From the IMG/VR virus record IMGVR_UViG_3300036943_000278, positions 1 through 45,227 of that record: DNA of 45,227 nt, one strand, 5' to 3'. Of the stretch, positions 28,558 through 38,149 are shown piece by piece (position 1 is the stretch's first letter; every line of letters starts with the position of its first letter). The position numbers and the translations under genes are program-made. Below the pieces are notes generated by a model that saw only the letters and a program-made list of their open reading frames with translations, ran no database searches and was not told the origin of the DNA. This stretch comes from a virus (lineage: Duplodnaviria > Caudoviricetes).

Positions 28558-31011
28558 TTATGACTTATTGTGTACATCATCCCACGCTTTCTTGATGAGG
28601 GCAGGATCAGCGGCTTTGATCTCTACCATACCGTTAGGATTTTGCTCGGATTGGCGTCCCCAGTTATAGCCAATCTTGAAATCAATACCAATGGTAAACT
28701 CACGGCCATCCTTTCCAGTCAATTGGATAGTCATGAGTTCCTCAAGGCGGGGGATGATATAGAGTGCATTGTCGAGGGTTGCGGGGAATTGGTTTAACAA
28801 AGAGTCATGCACTGTGCCGAGAAGCTGAAAGTCACGCTCGTAGAGATCATCTGCTTGCGTGATCTTCACTAATGCACGGTTGAGTACCTCCGCAACGGTG
28901 GACTGTGGCTTGAAGGCATAGGCAGCTTTGAAAGTGTGGTCATTGAGCATACCTAAGAATAACCGATGCCGTCCGAATAGGTTCAATAAACGACGTGAAC
29001 GGGTGAGTTCTTCTCGAATACTGTTATGCCAGCGGCGAAGTCCAGGGTAGCGGGAATGATACGCATTTAACAGGAGCTTCGCTTCTCGTTCCGGCAACTC
29101 AGTTTGTAAGGCGAATGTTTTATACCCCATGTCATAGTTAGACGCGTGGACAACTTTCTTCCCAAGTTGTCGTTGGTCTTGCATTACCTGATCCATAGTA
29201 ACGTCAAAGATGTTTGAGGCATTGTAGGTGTGGACATCCACGCCGGATTCAAATCCCTCAATCATCTTTTCATCCCCGGCAAGGTAAGCTACCACTACGG
29301 CTTCGGCTTGTTTCTCGTCAGCTTCGAGCATAATGTAGCCGTCATCTGCGTGGTAATAGGGCTTGATTGCAGGGGGTTGATTTTGTAGATTTGTGCCTGT
29401 ACCAAACAACGTGGAGCTAGATGACAGTCGCCCAGTTTCTGTTCCCGCGATGTTGTAAGAACATCGGAGGCGACCGTCACTATCTGCTCGGTTGACCAAA
29501 TAGGTAGATGATAGCTTTTTATATTTACGTATTGACTGAATCAATGTGGCTTCTTCATAACCACGCCGAGATAGTCGTTTGAGTGCGGTGTCATCAGTGG
29601 TCCAATTGCCTGTTTTTCTGTTGGTGTAGGGCTTGATCTTTTTTTCCACATAGAAATAATGCTGGAGCTGTTTGGACGAGTTGGGATTCAATTCCTTCCC
29701 GGCCATTTCATTGAGTTGCTTCTGCATTTCTACTACGGCTTTATCCGTAGCTTCCTTGAGTTGCTGGATGCCCACACGATCTGTGCGTATGCCACGGTAT
29801 TGCATTTCCATTAGTGGGGTATGAAGATCCATGAGAAACCAGAATTCCGTCAATTGGCCATAAGATTCTAACTCATTCATAAGAGTGGGGTAGAGCTCAT
29901 GCACATACGCGGCGTCTTTGCAATTGTATTGCCAGAAACGTGTGTAATCAGACACATTGCGCCAGTCTTTGCCCTCGTCCTTATAATATGGGTGGGTGGT
30001 GTAGTAACTGACCAATGCGTCGAGGCCTTTTGGCAACTCAGCATAGCACAAATGATGTGCCAACATGGAATCGAATGTGAAATTGTTGGTGAGAATAGAC
30101 ATGGTTCGGAGGAGGAACGTGAAGTCAAACATGCCATTCTGGGCGAACTTAGAAATCTGTGGGTCGGATAGAATTTTAGAGATGAGTTCCCATATGATAA
30201 CTTCTTCATCTTCTGTGAAGTAATGCCCCTCGGGGCCGTAGAATGGAATACACATTACTTGATCCGCCCTGCCTTTGGTGAAGGCAATGCAGGAAGTCTG
30301 TGTATTACGAAGTTCGATATCTACGGACGTTGTGAGTTTACGATTATAAATTTCCTCCAACCATGCATAGGCTTCATCAAATGTAGGACTAATATGCATG
30401 TTGATGACTGGCTCATTGAAGCCATGCTCAACAATATGGATGGCCTTTGTCAAATCGATCTGCAATACAAATTGCATCTTCGGGTCACGGTAGCCAATAC
30501 AGCGAGCGGGGTGGATGGTGCAGAGTAACACTTTACCTGCCAACTTGGTGTGTTTGTCGCCGAGCCATTGCACAATAGCCGGATCGTTGTGGGCATAAAT
30601 GCTACCACGATATTTATCCACATGGACATTTCCAGTGAGTGCATGTAATGGTGTTTCACCACAAAGGATCACTACCTTGGCAGAGCTTCGCTCAATTGTA
30701 TCGAGTAAGCGATCAAGCAGAGCTGTCCATGCTTCATGGTGGAAACCCTTGCGGGTCCATAGTTTACTCGTATTGTTTTTTGGTATTTGTGTCTGGCAAA
30801 AGTTATCTATGTAGCACTTCGTTCGTGGGATGCCTACATAGGACAGGGCCATGTCTAATCGTGTACCAGCCTGCCCAGTGAAAGGTACGCCAGACTGCAT
30901 CTCAGTCACACCGGGTGCTTCGCCTACAATGAAGTAATCACAATGGCCCAAATCACCAGAGCCATACACATCAGTTTCTAGAGGATCCCACTCAGTCCTA
31001 GCGGCAAACAT
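28558..31011 (-). CDS. polA: Family A DNA polymerase with N-terminal uracil-DNA glycosylase-like domain and 3'-5' exonuclease
   Basis: IVGEAPG...PFTGQAG and TIHPA (UDG family 4-like); SVDIE, QNGMFD, YNCKD (exonuclease); TGRLSS, ADEKQAE, KKVVHASNY, TVHDS (polymerase). Start moved to the ATG at 31011 after AAGGAG. Confidence 0.93.
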   Translation of the reverse strand: MFAARTEWDPLETDVYGSGDLGHCDYFIVGEAPGVTEMQSGVPFTGQAGTRLDMALSYVGIPRTKCYIDNFCQTQIPKNNTSKLWTRKGFHHEAWTALLDRLLDTIERSSAKVVILCGETPLHALTGNVHVDKYRGSIYAHNDPAIVQWLGDKHTKLAGKVLLCTIHPARCIGYRDPKMQFVLQIDLTKAIHIVEHGFNEPVINMHISPTFDEAYAWLEEIYNRKLTTSVDIELRNTQTSCIAFTKGRADQVMCIPFYGPEGHYFTEDEEVIIWELISKILSDPQISKFAQNGMFDFTFLLRTMSILTNNFTFDSMLAHHLCYAELPKGLDALVSYYTTHPYYKDEGKDWRNVSDYTRFWQYNCKDAAYVHELYPTLMNELESYGQLTEFWFLMDLHTPLMEMQYRGIRTDRVGIQQLKEATDKAVVEMQKQLNEMAGKELNPNSSKQLQHYFYVEKKIKPYTNRKTGNWTTDDTALKRLSRRGYEEATLIQSIRKYKKLSSTYLVNRADSDGRLRCSYNIAGTETGRLSSSSTLFGTGTNLQNQPPAIKPYYHADDGYIMLEADEKQAEAVVVAYLAGDEKMIEGFESGVDVHTYNASNIFDVTMDQVMQDQRQLGKKVVHASNYDMGYKTFALQTELPEREAKLLLNAYHSRYPGLRRWHNSIREELTRSRRLLNLFGRHRLFLGMLNDHTFKAAYAFKPQSTVAEVLNRALVKITQADDLYERDFQLLGTVHDSLLNQFPATLDNALYIIPRLEELMTIQLTGKDGREFTIGIDFKIGYNWGRQSEQNPNGMVEIKAADPALIKKAWDDVHNKS

Positions 31012-31252
31012 ACATGGACTCCTTGTCATCATAGTCGATGTTGATAATTTTATCACACTTGGTGCAGATGACTGATGTAGTGCGCATCTTGGTGGCCTTG
31101 GATAATGTGACGTCACCCCAGGTAAAGACAGGGATGTTCTTATCACCGTTGAAATAAAGCCGGTGTGTGCCGAACTCAAAGGTCAGCGGCACATACACGT
31201 GGTTACACGCTACCGGAGTCTTCGTCGCTGGCTTGGTTGTCTTGGTTGTCAT
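30998..31252 (-). CDS. Small putative Zn-binding protein
   Basis: CNH...CTKC ligands; GGAG RBS. Confidence 0.6.
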   Translation of the reverse strand: MTTKTTKPATKTPVACNHVYVPLTFEFGTHRLYFNGDKNIPVFTWGDVTLSKATKMRTTSVICTKCDKIINIDYDDKESMYVCR

Positions 31253-32627
31253 TAGACTGCTCCATTAAGTTGTGCATACGGAGTTTGAATGTGGACAGGT
31301 AATGTGGGGCATTAATGTCTGCACCACAAGGACGCATGTGATACTTGGCCGCGGCGACCATACTGTTACCCGAACCTGCAAAGGGGGAAAAGAAGTAAGT
31401 GTAGGGTCGAGCAGTTGCACCGATCAAAACATCGTACAGACCCTCGATGGGTTTCTCCCACTGATGGACCTTACGGGAACCGGCAATGTTTTTTGCAGAT
31501 ATGGCAGCGTTCACCATGTGATTGAGTCTAGGTTTTCCCCATGCCATAAGGAGAAAGAATTCGTAGTTGGATACTAGGTTTGTGGAAACAGTGTTACAGC
31601 CACCACCGCCAGGTTTGTACCATATGCCTGGACGTTGAATGCGGAAGCCATGCTTTTTGAAAAGCTGTTGAGTGTACTCAACCCATTCATATCCTACCCA
31701 TACAATTACCCACGAGTCAGGTATGAGCTTATACTTGGACATTTCAACTAAGCGCGACATGGCATCTTGGAATTGGTCAGGTGTCCAGTCTTTAGCGCGT
31801 GAGGCTGTCTTGGACATTTGGCCATATGTTGTGTCGTAGTTGATGGCATAAGGTGGGTCGAGTTCCATAAGACCAATGGTCTTGTCCTCAAATTCTGTGA
31901 GTACCTCATCCCAGTTGCCATGATGATAGAGAAAGGTCGGAGCCGTTGCAGCGGGTACTTTGGGGGAGGGGACAGGGGTTCCAGCTGCATCCTCGGCGGA
32001 TGACTCCGACCCTTCTGGAATATCCTCAATACTTACTCCAGCCTGTTGGAGTACACTGAGGATATTGTCATTGTTATCATCCAGCAATTTGGCTGCTTCA
32101 ATATCTTGGGCTTGCTTAACCAGCCCGTTGTATTGCTGTTTAGCCTTGGACTTAGTATCACAGTTACGGAGAGAGGGGAAGGTTTGGATGGCAACCCAAA
32201 GATCGACATCTTTTTGTATCGTGTTTCTCGATGTGCCGAGGAGTCTGGCTGTATCGGCATACGCCCAATCCGATTTTGTATCGGCATGGTAGGCATGGAC
32301 ACGGGCACGAAGTTCTGTTTCCTCTGCCCAATGGAATGGTGCCCGCGCTGTATTTTCCACAAGTTCAATAGCGAGCTTCTGGTCAGGTGTGAGGCCGGGG
32401 ATGATGCGGGCAGATATTGTTTCCCATTCTAACAATTGGGCCGCACGATACCTGCGTTCACCGGCCACGAGTTGAAGGTCACTGTCGAGGATGATGGGAT
32501 TCAATAGGCCAGATACAGCCATGGAATTTTTCAATTCATCTAGATTCCCAACATCCTGGCGGACCCGGTCGAGAATGGTAATGTCAGCAAGGGGAATTTC
32601 TTGGACGTGGTATTGTTTATTCGACAT
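31203..32627 (-). CDS. ParB-like CTPase domain + HTH + beta-class N6A/N4C DNA methyltransferase fusion
   Basis: GLLNPII...VAGERRYRAA...ELVENTAR (ParB N-domain); AYADTARLLGTSRNTIQKDV (HTH); DPPY followed by SPFAGSG (MTase motif IV then motif I). Confidence 0.9.
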   Translation of the reverse strand: MSNKQYHVQEIPLADITILDRVRQDVGNLDELKNSMAVSGLLNPIILDSDLQLVAGERRYRAAQLLEWETISARIIPGLTPDQKLAIELVENTARAPFHWAEETELRARVHAYHADTKSDWAYADTARLLGTSRNTIQKDVDLWVAIQTFPSLRNCDTKSKAKQQYNGLVKQAQDIEAAKLLDDNNDNILSVLQQAGVSIEDIPEGSESSAEDAAGTPVPSPKVPAATAPTFLYHHGNWDEVLTEFEDKTIGLMELDPPYAINYDTTYGQMSKTASRAKDWTPDQFQDAMSRLVEMSKYKLIPDSWVIVWVGYEWVEYTQQLFKKHGFRIQRPGIWYKPGGGGCNTVSTNLVSNYEFFLLMAWGKPRLNHMVNAAISAKNIAGSRKVHQWEKPIEGLYDVLIGATARPYTYFFSPFAGSGNSMVAAAKYHMRPCGADINAPHYLSTFKLRMHNLMEQSNDNQDNQASDEDSGSV

Positions 32628-32887
32628 TAGATTATTCCTTTATCTCGAAGCTCTTGGAGAAAGATAGCCCTTTTTTCTTCGGGCATGGAATGGAGCAACT
32701 TAGCCATTTTTTCCTGCATTCTGTTTTGTTGCTTCTTAGACGTAGCCCGCTTTGTGGTGGAGGATTTCCGCTGAGGTTTGGGTGGCTCATACTCACGGCG
32801 CTTGCGAGCCTTTGTAACAAGCATGTGTTGCTCATGCGAGGGTAACTCATGAAAAGATGTGCAGGGAATACGATACATGTTTTGCAT
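32627..32887 (-). CDS. Basic hypothetical protein
   Basis: GAGGAG RBS; coupled to its neighbours. Confidence 0.65.
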   Translation of the reverse strand: MQNMYRIPCTSFHELPSHEQHMLVTKARKRREYEPPKPQRKSSTTKRATSKKQQNRMQEKMAKLLHSMPEEKRAIFLQELRDKGII

Positions 32888-32889
32888 AA

Positions 32890-33162
32890 CTACTCCTCAC
32901 CACGCTCCATCTTGCCCGCAATTACGCAGGCATAATGGGCGATCTTCAAGAGGTCACGATGGATTTCGTCCTTGCGACAATTCTGGCGAAGATTCCTATT
33001 AACGTATCGTTGAATGTGCTTGAAGCAATCTTCGATAGTGAACTCGGTAGCTATTTGGTCAGTGGGGTAGTCACCATATTGCGGTACGGTGTAGTTAGCC
33101 ACATGTTCTTCGACCTTAAGTGCAAAGTCATACCACTCTAATTGTCTGTTGGAAGTAGGCAT
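32890..33162 (-). CDS. Small all-alpha protein, possibly DUF3310 or NTP-pyrophosphatase-like
   Basis: IQRYVNR...RDLLKIAHYA pattern. Confidence 0.5.
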   Translation of the reverse strand: MPTSNRQLEWYDFALKVEEHVANYTVPQYGDYPTDQIATEFTIEDCFKHIQRYVNRNLRQNCRKDEIHRDLLKIAHYACVIAGKMERGEE

Positions 33163-33164
33163 GG

Positions 33165-33365
33165 TTACTCCTTTGTGACCTGAGGAAGAGTCAAGGTGGC
33201 ACGACCCTCAAGCCATTCAATAATGTTCTTACGTCCATTATTCTCGACTTCCGTTGCCATTGCGTTGACAAACCCACGGATAATTTCTGCGAGTTGGCCA
33301 TACGGTAACTGCTTGGTGAAACGCAGATACTGTTCGGTATCCACATCAACAGATACTCTAGCCAT
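33165..33365 (-). CDS. Putative ribbon-helix-helix DNA-binding protein
   Basis: RVSVDVD strand followed by two helices (LAEIIRGFV); AAGGAG RBS. Confidence 0.55.
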   Translation of the reverse strand: MARVSVDVDTEQYLRFTKQLPYGQLAEIIRGFVNAMATEVENNGRKNIIEWLEGRATLTLPQVTKE

Positions 33366-33801
33366 TTTTCATCTCCTTGGTTATGGTGTAATTCGAGATT
33401 ACGCGCTTGGTTGGCGTGATTACATATTCCAATATAGTATGGTCGTCATGGAGATTATAGTAATTCATGGCACGTTTAGCGCCTTTGAAAGTTCTGTATA
33501 TGTAGCCCGTGGGAGAATATTGTGTGGGCTGCTTGGGGGCAAAAAAGAGTTGTGTATCATCGTGTTGTATACGGTAGACATACGCAGGACAATTCATGCA
33601 TATTTTCGTGCCTGCTTTGGTAGTGCAATAACCACTGATGTATGTTTTGTTACGACGAATGAGTTTCTTTTCCACTAGACGACGCAAAAGCCTTTCCCCA
33701 TAGGTACGATTGCAGGCGTGTTCGGATATTATTTTTGTCATGGCTTTCTGGGTTGCAAAAATATCCCGTAAAAATTTTATCTCAATATTACCAATCTTCA
33801 T
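33358..33801 (-). CDS. Hypothetical protein with winged-helix-like N-terminus
   Basis: LLRRLVEKKLIRR...YCTTKAG pattern; AT-rich. Confidence 0.5.
   Translation of the reverse strand: MKIGNIEIKFLRDIFATQKAMTKIISEHACNRTYGERLLRRLVEKKLIRRNKTYISGYCTTKAGTKICMNCPAYVYRIQHDDTQLFFAPKQPTQYSPTGYIYRTFKGAKRAMNYYNLHDDHTILEYVITPTKRVISNYTITKEMKNG
33388..33402. promoter_or_regulatory. Dispersed palindrome copy 6 (GTAATTCGAGATTAC)
   Basis: Minus strand reads gcGTAATCTCGAATTACac, 22 nt upstream of the 33365 start. Confidence 0.85.
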
Positions 33802-35560
33802 CTGCTTTCACCCCTATACGATTAAGAGCTTCATCCCAAGTGATAATTTCTATCCCACGTTCCACAGCTTTTTTATACTTATTTGTAGGTGTGGTCAGAT
33901 TTGTGATTAGGAGATTGCATGCTTTGGTTACACCAGAGGCACTCCATTCCCAGCCATGGTTTTCTAATAATTGCGCTGCTTCAACACGGTCGAGAGGAAG
34001 TGGCCCTGTGATGGCAAAAACAATTCCGCTGGGTTTAGGTAAGGGGAGAAATTCAAATCCCCATTCTTCCAGATCCTTCTTTGCTTGTAATATCATGGGG
34101 TAGTATTCAACAAATTTATCTATGTGAGATCGCTTAATGAACTTGGTATGGGCGCCTTGCATGAATGCCATGATCGACCGGATGCGGTTGGGGCCAAGAT
34201 CAGTGATGCCAAAAGCGGAGGCAAGATTAGCAATGGTCTTCTTGCCACGAATTTCATACGCACTTGCAATAATATACGCCGCACGATTGCCGAGGATATT
34301 ATATAATTCACTCGGTATACGATACGCGAGGAAAAATAAAAACCAAGGCTTTTTACGAAAGGCATAGAGATAATGTGGATGTTGCAATATCTTTTCTAGG
34401 GTAGATTCCTTTATACCTTTCACGCGCATGTTATTGAGAGAATAAAAATGGCACAACTGTTTTATGATTTGGCGAATACACTGAATGTTATCACACATTA
34501 AGTCTTTGTCAGAAAGATAAAGTGGGCCACCGCAAGTAGGACAAGTAGTAGGCAGGCTAACATTACTAGGATCTCCGTCGCGCACTGAAATAATTTTAGG
34601 TATGATCTCTCCGGCTTTGCCGATAGTGATGGTCGCTCCAACTCTGATTCCGCGATCCTTAATCCACTCTGCATTATTGCCAGTTGCTCTAGTGTTAGTT
34701 GTTCCGGCGAGTTCGACGGGGGAATAGATAACTGTTGGGACGACGCGACCTGTGCGTGAGACATTCCATTCAATCTCTTCCACGATGGTTTCCGCAGTCT
34801 GAATAGGCGGCTTCCATGCGATGGCCCAATAAGGGTAATCGCCATTGTGCCCGTCGCGAAGCCTAATTTTATCCGACAGGACTTTGAGCACAACACCGTC
34901 GAGTGGAAATTGTTTGTGCCATTCATTAAATAACTCCAGACATTTGTCCCACGCTTCGGTGGGGTCATTGGTGGGAAGGGTATAGTGAAGCTGATTATGG
35001 GGAATGAAATGAATCAAGCGTTGATAATCGTCAGCCAAATAATCACGACTAACAAAGCCAGCGACAACATTACGGGGATGCTTTCCGAGGTCAGGCCGCC
35101 ATAGATGCCAAGGGATAAGCAACTCACCTTCAACCCTGTGTTTAGCATCCGTAGAAACTTGTGGAATATGGGCATATGTTAGCTTCCTCGTTACATCTTT
35201 ACCTTGTATGCCATCACCCGAGAGTACAACACGGTAGTGGGTAGGGGTAGGATAGATGACAGCGGCCACACCGTCGTATTTTGGTTGGGCAATAATGGTT
35301 TCATTAGCATACCGTTTGAGAAACACTTTAAAGGTAGGGAAATCCATTGCCTTGTTAAGCGATAATAGAGGCCTCGGGTGGGGGAAGTTGCCAACGAGTG
35401 TTTCCTTACCCGTGTGCCACAAGGCATCGTTGGATGGATCACGTAGGAATACTTCCCGCCAGAGTTGGTCATACTCCGGGTCCGTCATGATAGGTTGTCC
35501 ATTGGCGTAGGCTTTATTGGCCAATGATAAACGATAAACCTTACCGGGCAGATCAGACAT
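33788..35560 (-). CDS. ligA: NAD-dependent DNA ligase
   Basis: TDPEYDQL, KYDG adenylation motif, DGVVLK, WAIAWKP, VSRTGRVVP, KAGEIIP, Zn finger and C-terminal BRCT (FAITG). Confidence 0.93.
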   Translation of the reverse strand: MSDLPGKVYRLSLANKAYANGQPIMTDPEYDQLWREVFLRDPSNDALWHTGKETLVGNFPHPRPLLSLNKAMDFPTFKVFLKRYANETIIAQPKYDGVAAVIYPTPTHYRVVLSGDGIQGKDVTRKLTYAHIPQVSTDAKHRVEGELLIPWHLWRPDLGKHPRNVVAGFVSRDYLADDYQRLIHFIPHNQLHYTLPTNDPTEAWDKCLELFNEWHKQFPLDGVVLKVLSDKIRLRDGHNGDYPYWAIAWKPPIQTAETIVEEIEWNVSRTGRVVPTVIYSPVELAGTTNTRATGNNAEWIKDRGIRVGATITIGKAGEIIPKIISVRDGDPSNVSLPTTCPTCGGPLYLSDKDLMCDNIQCIRQIIKQLCHFYSLNNMRVKGIKESTLEKILQHPHYLYAFRKKPWFLFFLAYRIPSELYNILGNRAAYIIASAYEIRGKKTIANLASAFGITDLGPNRIRSIMAFMQGAHTKFIKRSHIDKFVEYYPMILQAKKDLEEWGFEFLPLPKPSGIVFAITGPLPLDRVEAAQLLENHGWEWSASGVTKACNLLITNLTTPTNKYKKAVERGIEIITWDEALNRIGVKADEDW

Positions 35561-35582
35561 TTTTTGCCTCCTAGAGATAAGA

Positions 35583-35607
35583 GAGAGGCCAAGAGTCTTG
35601 GCCCCTC
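35583..35607 (-). terminator. Hairpin terminator after the SSB-like gene
   Basis: GAGGGGCCAAG-ACT-CTTGGCCTCTC followed by a pyrimidine-rich tail on the minus strand. Confidence 0.6.
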
Positions 35608-35614
35608 GATAGGT

Positions 35615-36031
35615 CTAGGAAGTGAACTTACGAATCTCGTTCACATCCTCGCCGTTGTTGTTCTCAGCCACGCGCAGGTAGGCTTCGAATGACAGGCCGC
35701 GCATTTGTTCGGCTACACCCTTCAGGGCATCCACGTCCTCGGTATCCACGTCGGCAGGGAACTCGAACCCGGTGGCCTGACAGAAGTACTTCAGCCCACG
35801 GCGCATGTTATCCTGCTTGCCGGGGTCATCCTCGCCGATGGGCATGGCGATCATGTGGTAGACTGCCTTCGCGTTTTCCTCGCCCTCGATACGACAGACG
35901 ATGTTGAAGTAGGGGCGATGGGGAGCGTTCTGGCCTGTCCTCACATCAGCGGCACTCACGTTGAGCTTGTACTCGCCTTCGGGAACTGCGGACAGTTCGG
36001 GGACTTCGTCGAGATTACCAATGAAAACCAT
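35615..36031 (-). CDS. Single-stranded DNA-binding-like protein (DUF669-like)
   Basis: AVPEGEYKLNV N-terminus, NEIRKF C-terminus; next to the Sak4-like ATPase. Confidence 0.75.
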   Translation of the reverse strand: MVFIGNLDEVPELSAVPEGEYKLNVSAADVRTGQNAPHRPYFNIVCRIEGEENAKAVYHMIAMPIGEDDPGKQDNMRRGLKYFCQATGFEFPADVDTEDVDALKGVAEQMRGLSFEAYLRVAENNNGEDVNEIRKFTS

Positions 36032-36064
36032 GATGGCCTCCTTCTAGGGTAAAAGGTTACGGTG

Positions 36065-36850
36065 CTACTTGCCTTTGGACTGTTGGGGTTGACGTTTGTG
36101 GATATATGCGTTGAACATATCATCCATTGTCAAGTCTACGACAGACTTGGGGAGGATGGTTCTTGTACCGGCTTGATATATCCCGGTGCCTTTGAGGTGA
36201 AACGTGTGACGGCCAGCAGACATAGCGATGTAGATCAAGTCATCGAAGTGCATGGCTTGTTGTGGGCCGTAGGTTTTGCCCACCGTGGTGGGGAAACCAA
36301 TGAGCTTACCACTGACTTCATCCTTCTCCGTACGGGTGTGGGCAGTTACGGCCACGGCGCAGGGTAGGGTGGTCACAGTGTTGATAAATTCTTGCATGAT
36401 TCGTACACCAGAACCCCATTGCGGCTGGGTGGCTTGGTGTGGGATGCTATCTGCGTCGAAGATGGATTTGTGATTCTTGTAGATGACCAAACGCATGATA
36501 GCATCGGCCATAGTGGTGGTGGATTCAAACACGACCAGAGCATTGTCAGCTTGCGCCTGCTCGAAGAATCCATCCTTGCCAGCTTGTTGGAGGTCTTTGA
36601 TGAAATCCTTCCACGACGCCGCCTTATTGCGGTCAGGCTCCATGTACTGTGCGACCATGATCTTATCGGAATGGGGCATCTTACGATATGTCTTAGCTCC
36701 ACCTTCGTCGAAAGTATAGACATACACGGGGCCTTTGGTATATGTGCCGCAGAAATGGGACTTCCCGGTCTTGGGTTCACCGTAGATGAGCATCTTGAGA
36801 TCGAAGATACCCGACTCCTGCATTTCTGAGACACGTTGCATTGTGGCCAT
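36065..36850 (-). CDS. Sak4-like AAA ATPase (recombination)
   Basis: LIYGEPKTGKS, VVFESTT and VAVTAH motifs. Confidence 0.8.
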   Translation of the reverse strand: MATMQRVSEMQESGIFDLKMLIYGEPKTGKSHFCGTYTKGPVYVYTFDEGGAKTYRKMPHSDKIMVAQYMEPDRNKAASWKDFIKDLQQAGKDGFFEQAQADNALVVFESTTTMADAIMRLVIYKNHKSIFDADSIPHQATQPQWGSGVRIMQEFINTVTTLPCAVAVTAHTRTEKDEVSGKLIGFPTTVGKTYGPQQAMHFDDLIYIAMSAGRHTFHLKGTGIYQAGTRTILPKSVVDLTMDDMFNAYIHKRQPQQSKGK

Positions 36851-36851
36851 G

Positions 36852-37160
36852 CTAATCCTCCAGGTTTAAGTGTTTCAATGCCGCTTGCACCTGCTCAGGA
36901 TCAACCGCAACCTGGCCTCCACCTTGCAGGAATGCCTTCAGCTCCGCGAGTTCAGCACTAGTGAGCGTGTCTTTCTTCATCAACGTGGGTTGGGTTTGAT
37001 GAAGAAATATCTCGAGGCATTTACGCATGGCATCAAATCCAGAGGTAGGGTTGAGCCGGAGCTGTGTAGCGGTACGAATGGCAGCCAGCATAGTCTTGCG
37101 CTGGACTCGCCCACCCACAGTTTGCGTCTTTACCTGGGTGTAGTCATCACTCTTGGACAT
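36852..37160 (-). CDS. Hypothetical protein (possible RHH-like)
   Basis: GAGG RBS before the ATG at 37160; TVGGRV strand followed by helices. Confidence 0.55.
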   Translation of the reverse strand: MSKSDDYTQVKTQTVGGRVQRKTMLAAIRTATQLRLNPTSGFDAMRKCLEIFLHQTQPTLMKKDTLTSAELAELKAFLQGGGQVAVDPEQVQAALKHLNLED

Positions 37161-38130
37161 TGTTTTCCTCAGGGAAAGGGCCCCATTCTTCAATCTTGTA
37201 ACCCGTGGGAGGTTCTGTGAAGGTGAGGGGATTGTTGCGGGCTAGACAGATGTCAAAGTAGGCACAGCGCCGGAAGTATAACGTACAGGCTGTGCCAGGG
37301 TGGCGAGGAAAGGGGAGGAAAGGGATGTTGCGATCAGTTTGCCAGTTGGGGTGGGCTTGCTTGAATAATTCTATGGCATCCAACCACATGTGGAACATCA
37401 TAACATTCGCACGAACCTCGTAGAGGAAGCGGTCAATGGCAGCGTCCCGGCGTGTGATGGGATGACGATGAAATTCTGGGCCCTTCGTTTTCTGGCACAG
37501 AGCACCAATAATTTCGACCCTTGGGAGTCGGTCGTAATAGATCATTCCCGCGGCGAGGTAGCCTTCAATCTGGAGGTTATTCTCGAACCCGGCTAACCAG
37601 GTGTCGTTGAAATACTTCGTGGTTTTGTGTTCGAGAATGGTGAGAATGTCGTCATCATGGTCGAACACGACTCCATCGAGTTTACCGATGTAGATGACAG
37701 GGAATGGTTGGCCGTCAAGGGGAGGGAGTTCGAGGGAGAATTTCAGCTCGGCCCCCATGATTTCATACCGTAGGAACTCTTCGAGGTATTGTGACCAGAA
37801 TGCGTTATACATATCATGGGCACGGGCAGGGGTTTTGGGAAAGATTTGCTCGAGGTTGAACTCACTTCCTCCTTCCTTTTCCCAGCAATCGAAGAAACCG
37901 AGCATGGAAATTTCGGCGGCAGTGGAAGGGTGGGTGGAGGATGTAATGTTACCGTTTTTGATATTATTCAGGGCCGTTTCCATTCCGGCATGCCATGCAG
38001 CGCCAAACACGAGGTCTTTAGAACGACCACCGTCTGGCACAAGGTGCATGATATGGCGGAAGAATCCTTTACGAGGGCATGTAAGGAAGTCTACATGCGT
38101 GGTATTGTCGATCTGTTTTGTAATGTCCAT
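37147..38130 (-). CDS. PD-(D/E)XK (Cas4/RecB-like) exonuclease
   Basis: TCPRK...FGAAWH, GKLDG, ILEHKTT, QIEGY and C-terminal C..C..C. Confidence 0.88.
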   Translation of the reverse strand: MDITKQIDNTTHVDFLTCPRKGFFRHIMHLVPDGGRSKDLVFGAAWHAGMETALNNIKNGNITSSTHPSTAAEISMLGFFDCWEKEGGSEFNLEQIFPKTPARAHDMYNAFWSQYLEEFLRYEIMGAELKFSLELPPLDGQPFPVIYIGKLDGVVFDHDDDILTILEHKTTKYFNDTWLAGFENNLQIEGYLAAGMIYYDRLPRVEIIGALCQKTKGPEFHRHPITRRDAAIDRFLYEVRANVMMFHMWLDAIELFKQAHPNWQTDRNIPFLPFPRHPGTACTLYFRRCAYFDICLARNNPLTFTEPPTGYKIEEWGPFPEENNVQE

Positions 38131-38149
38131 GGTCAGCGGCTCCGAGGGA

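Noticed and set aside
31012-31179. N-terminal extension of the polymerase in the ORF track
   Set aside because: Overlaps the RBS-supported ORF 30998..31252; the ATG at 31011 has its own AAGGAG.
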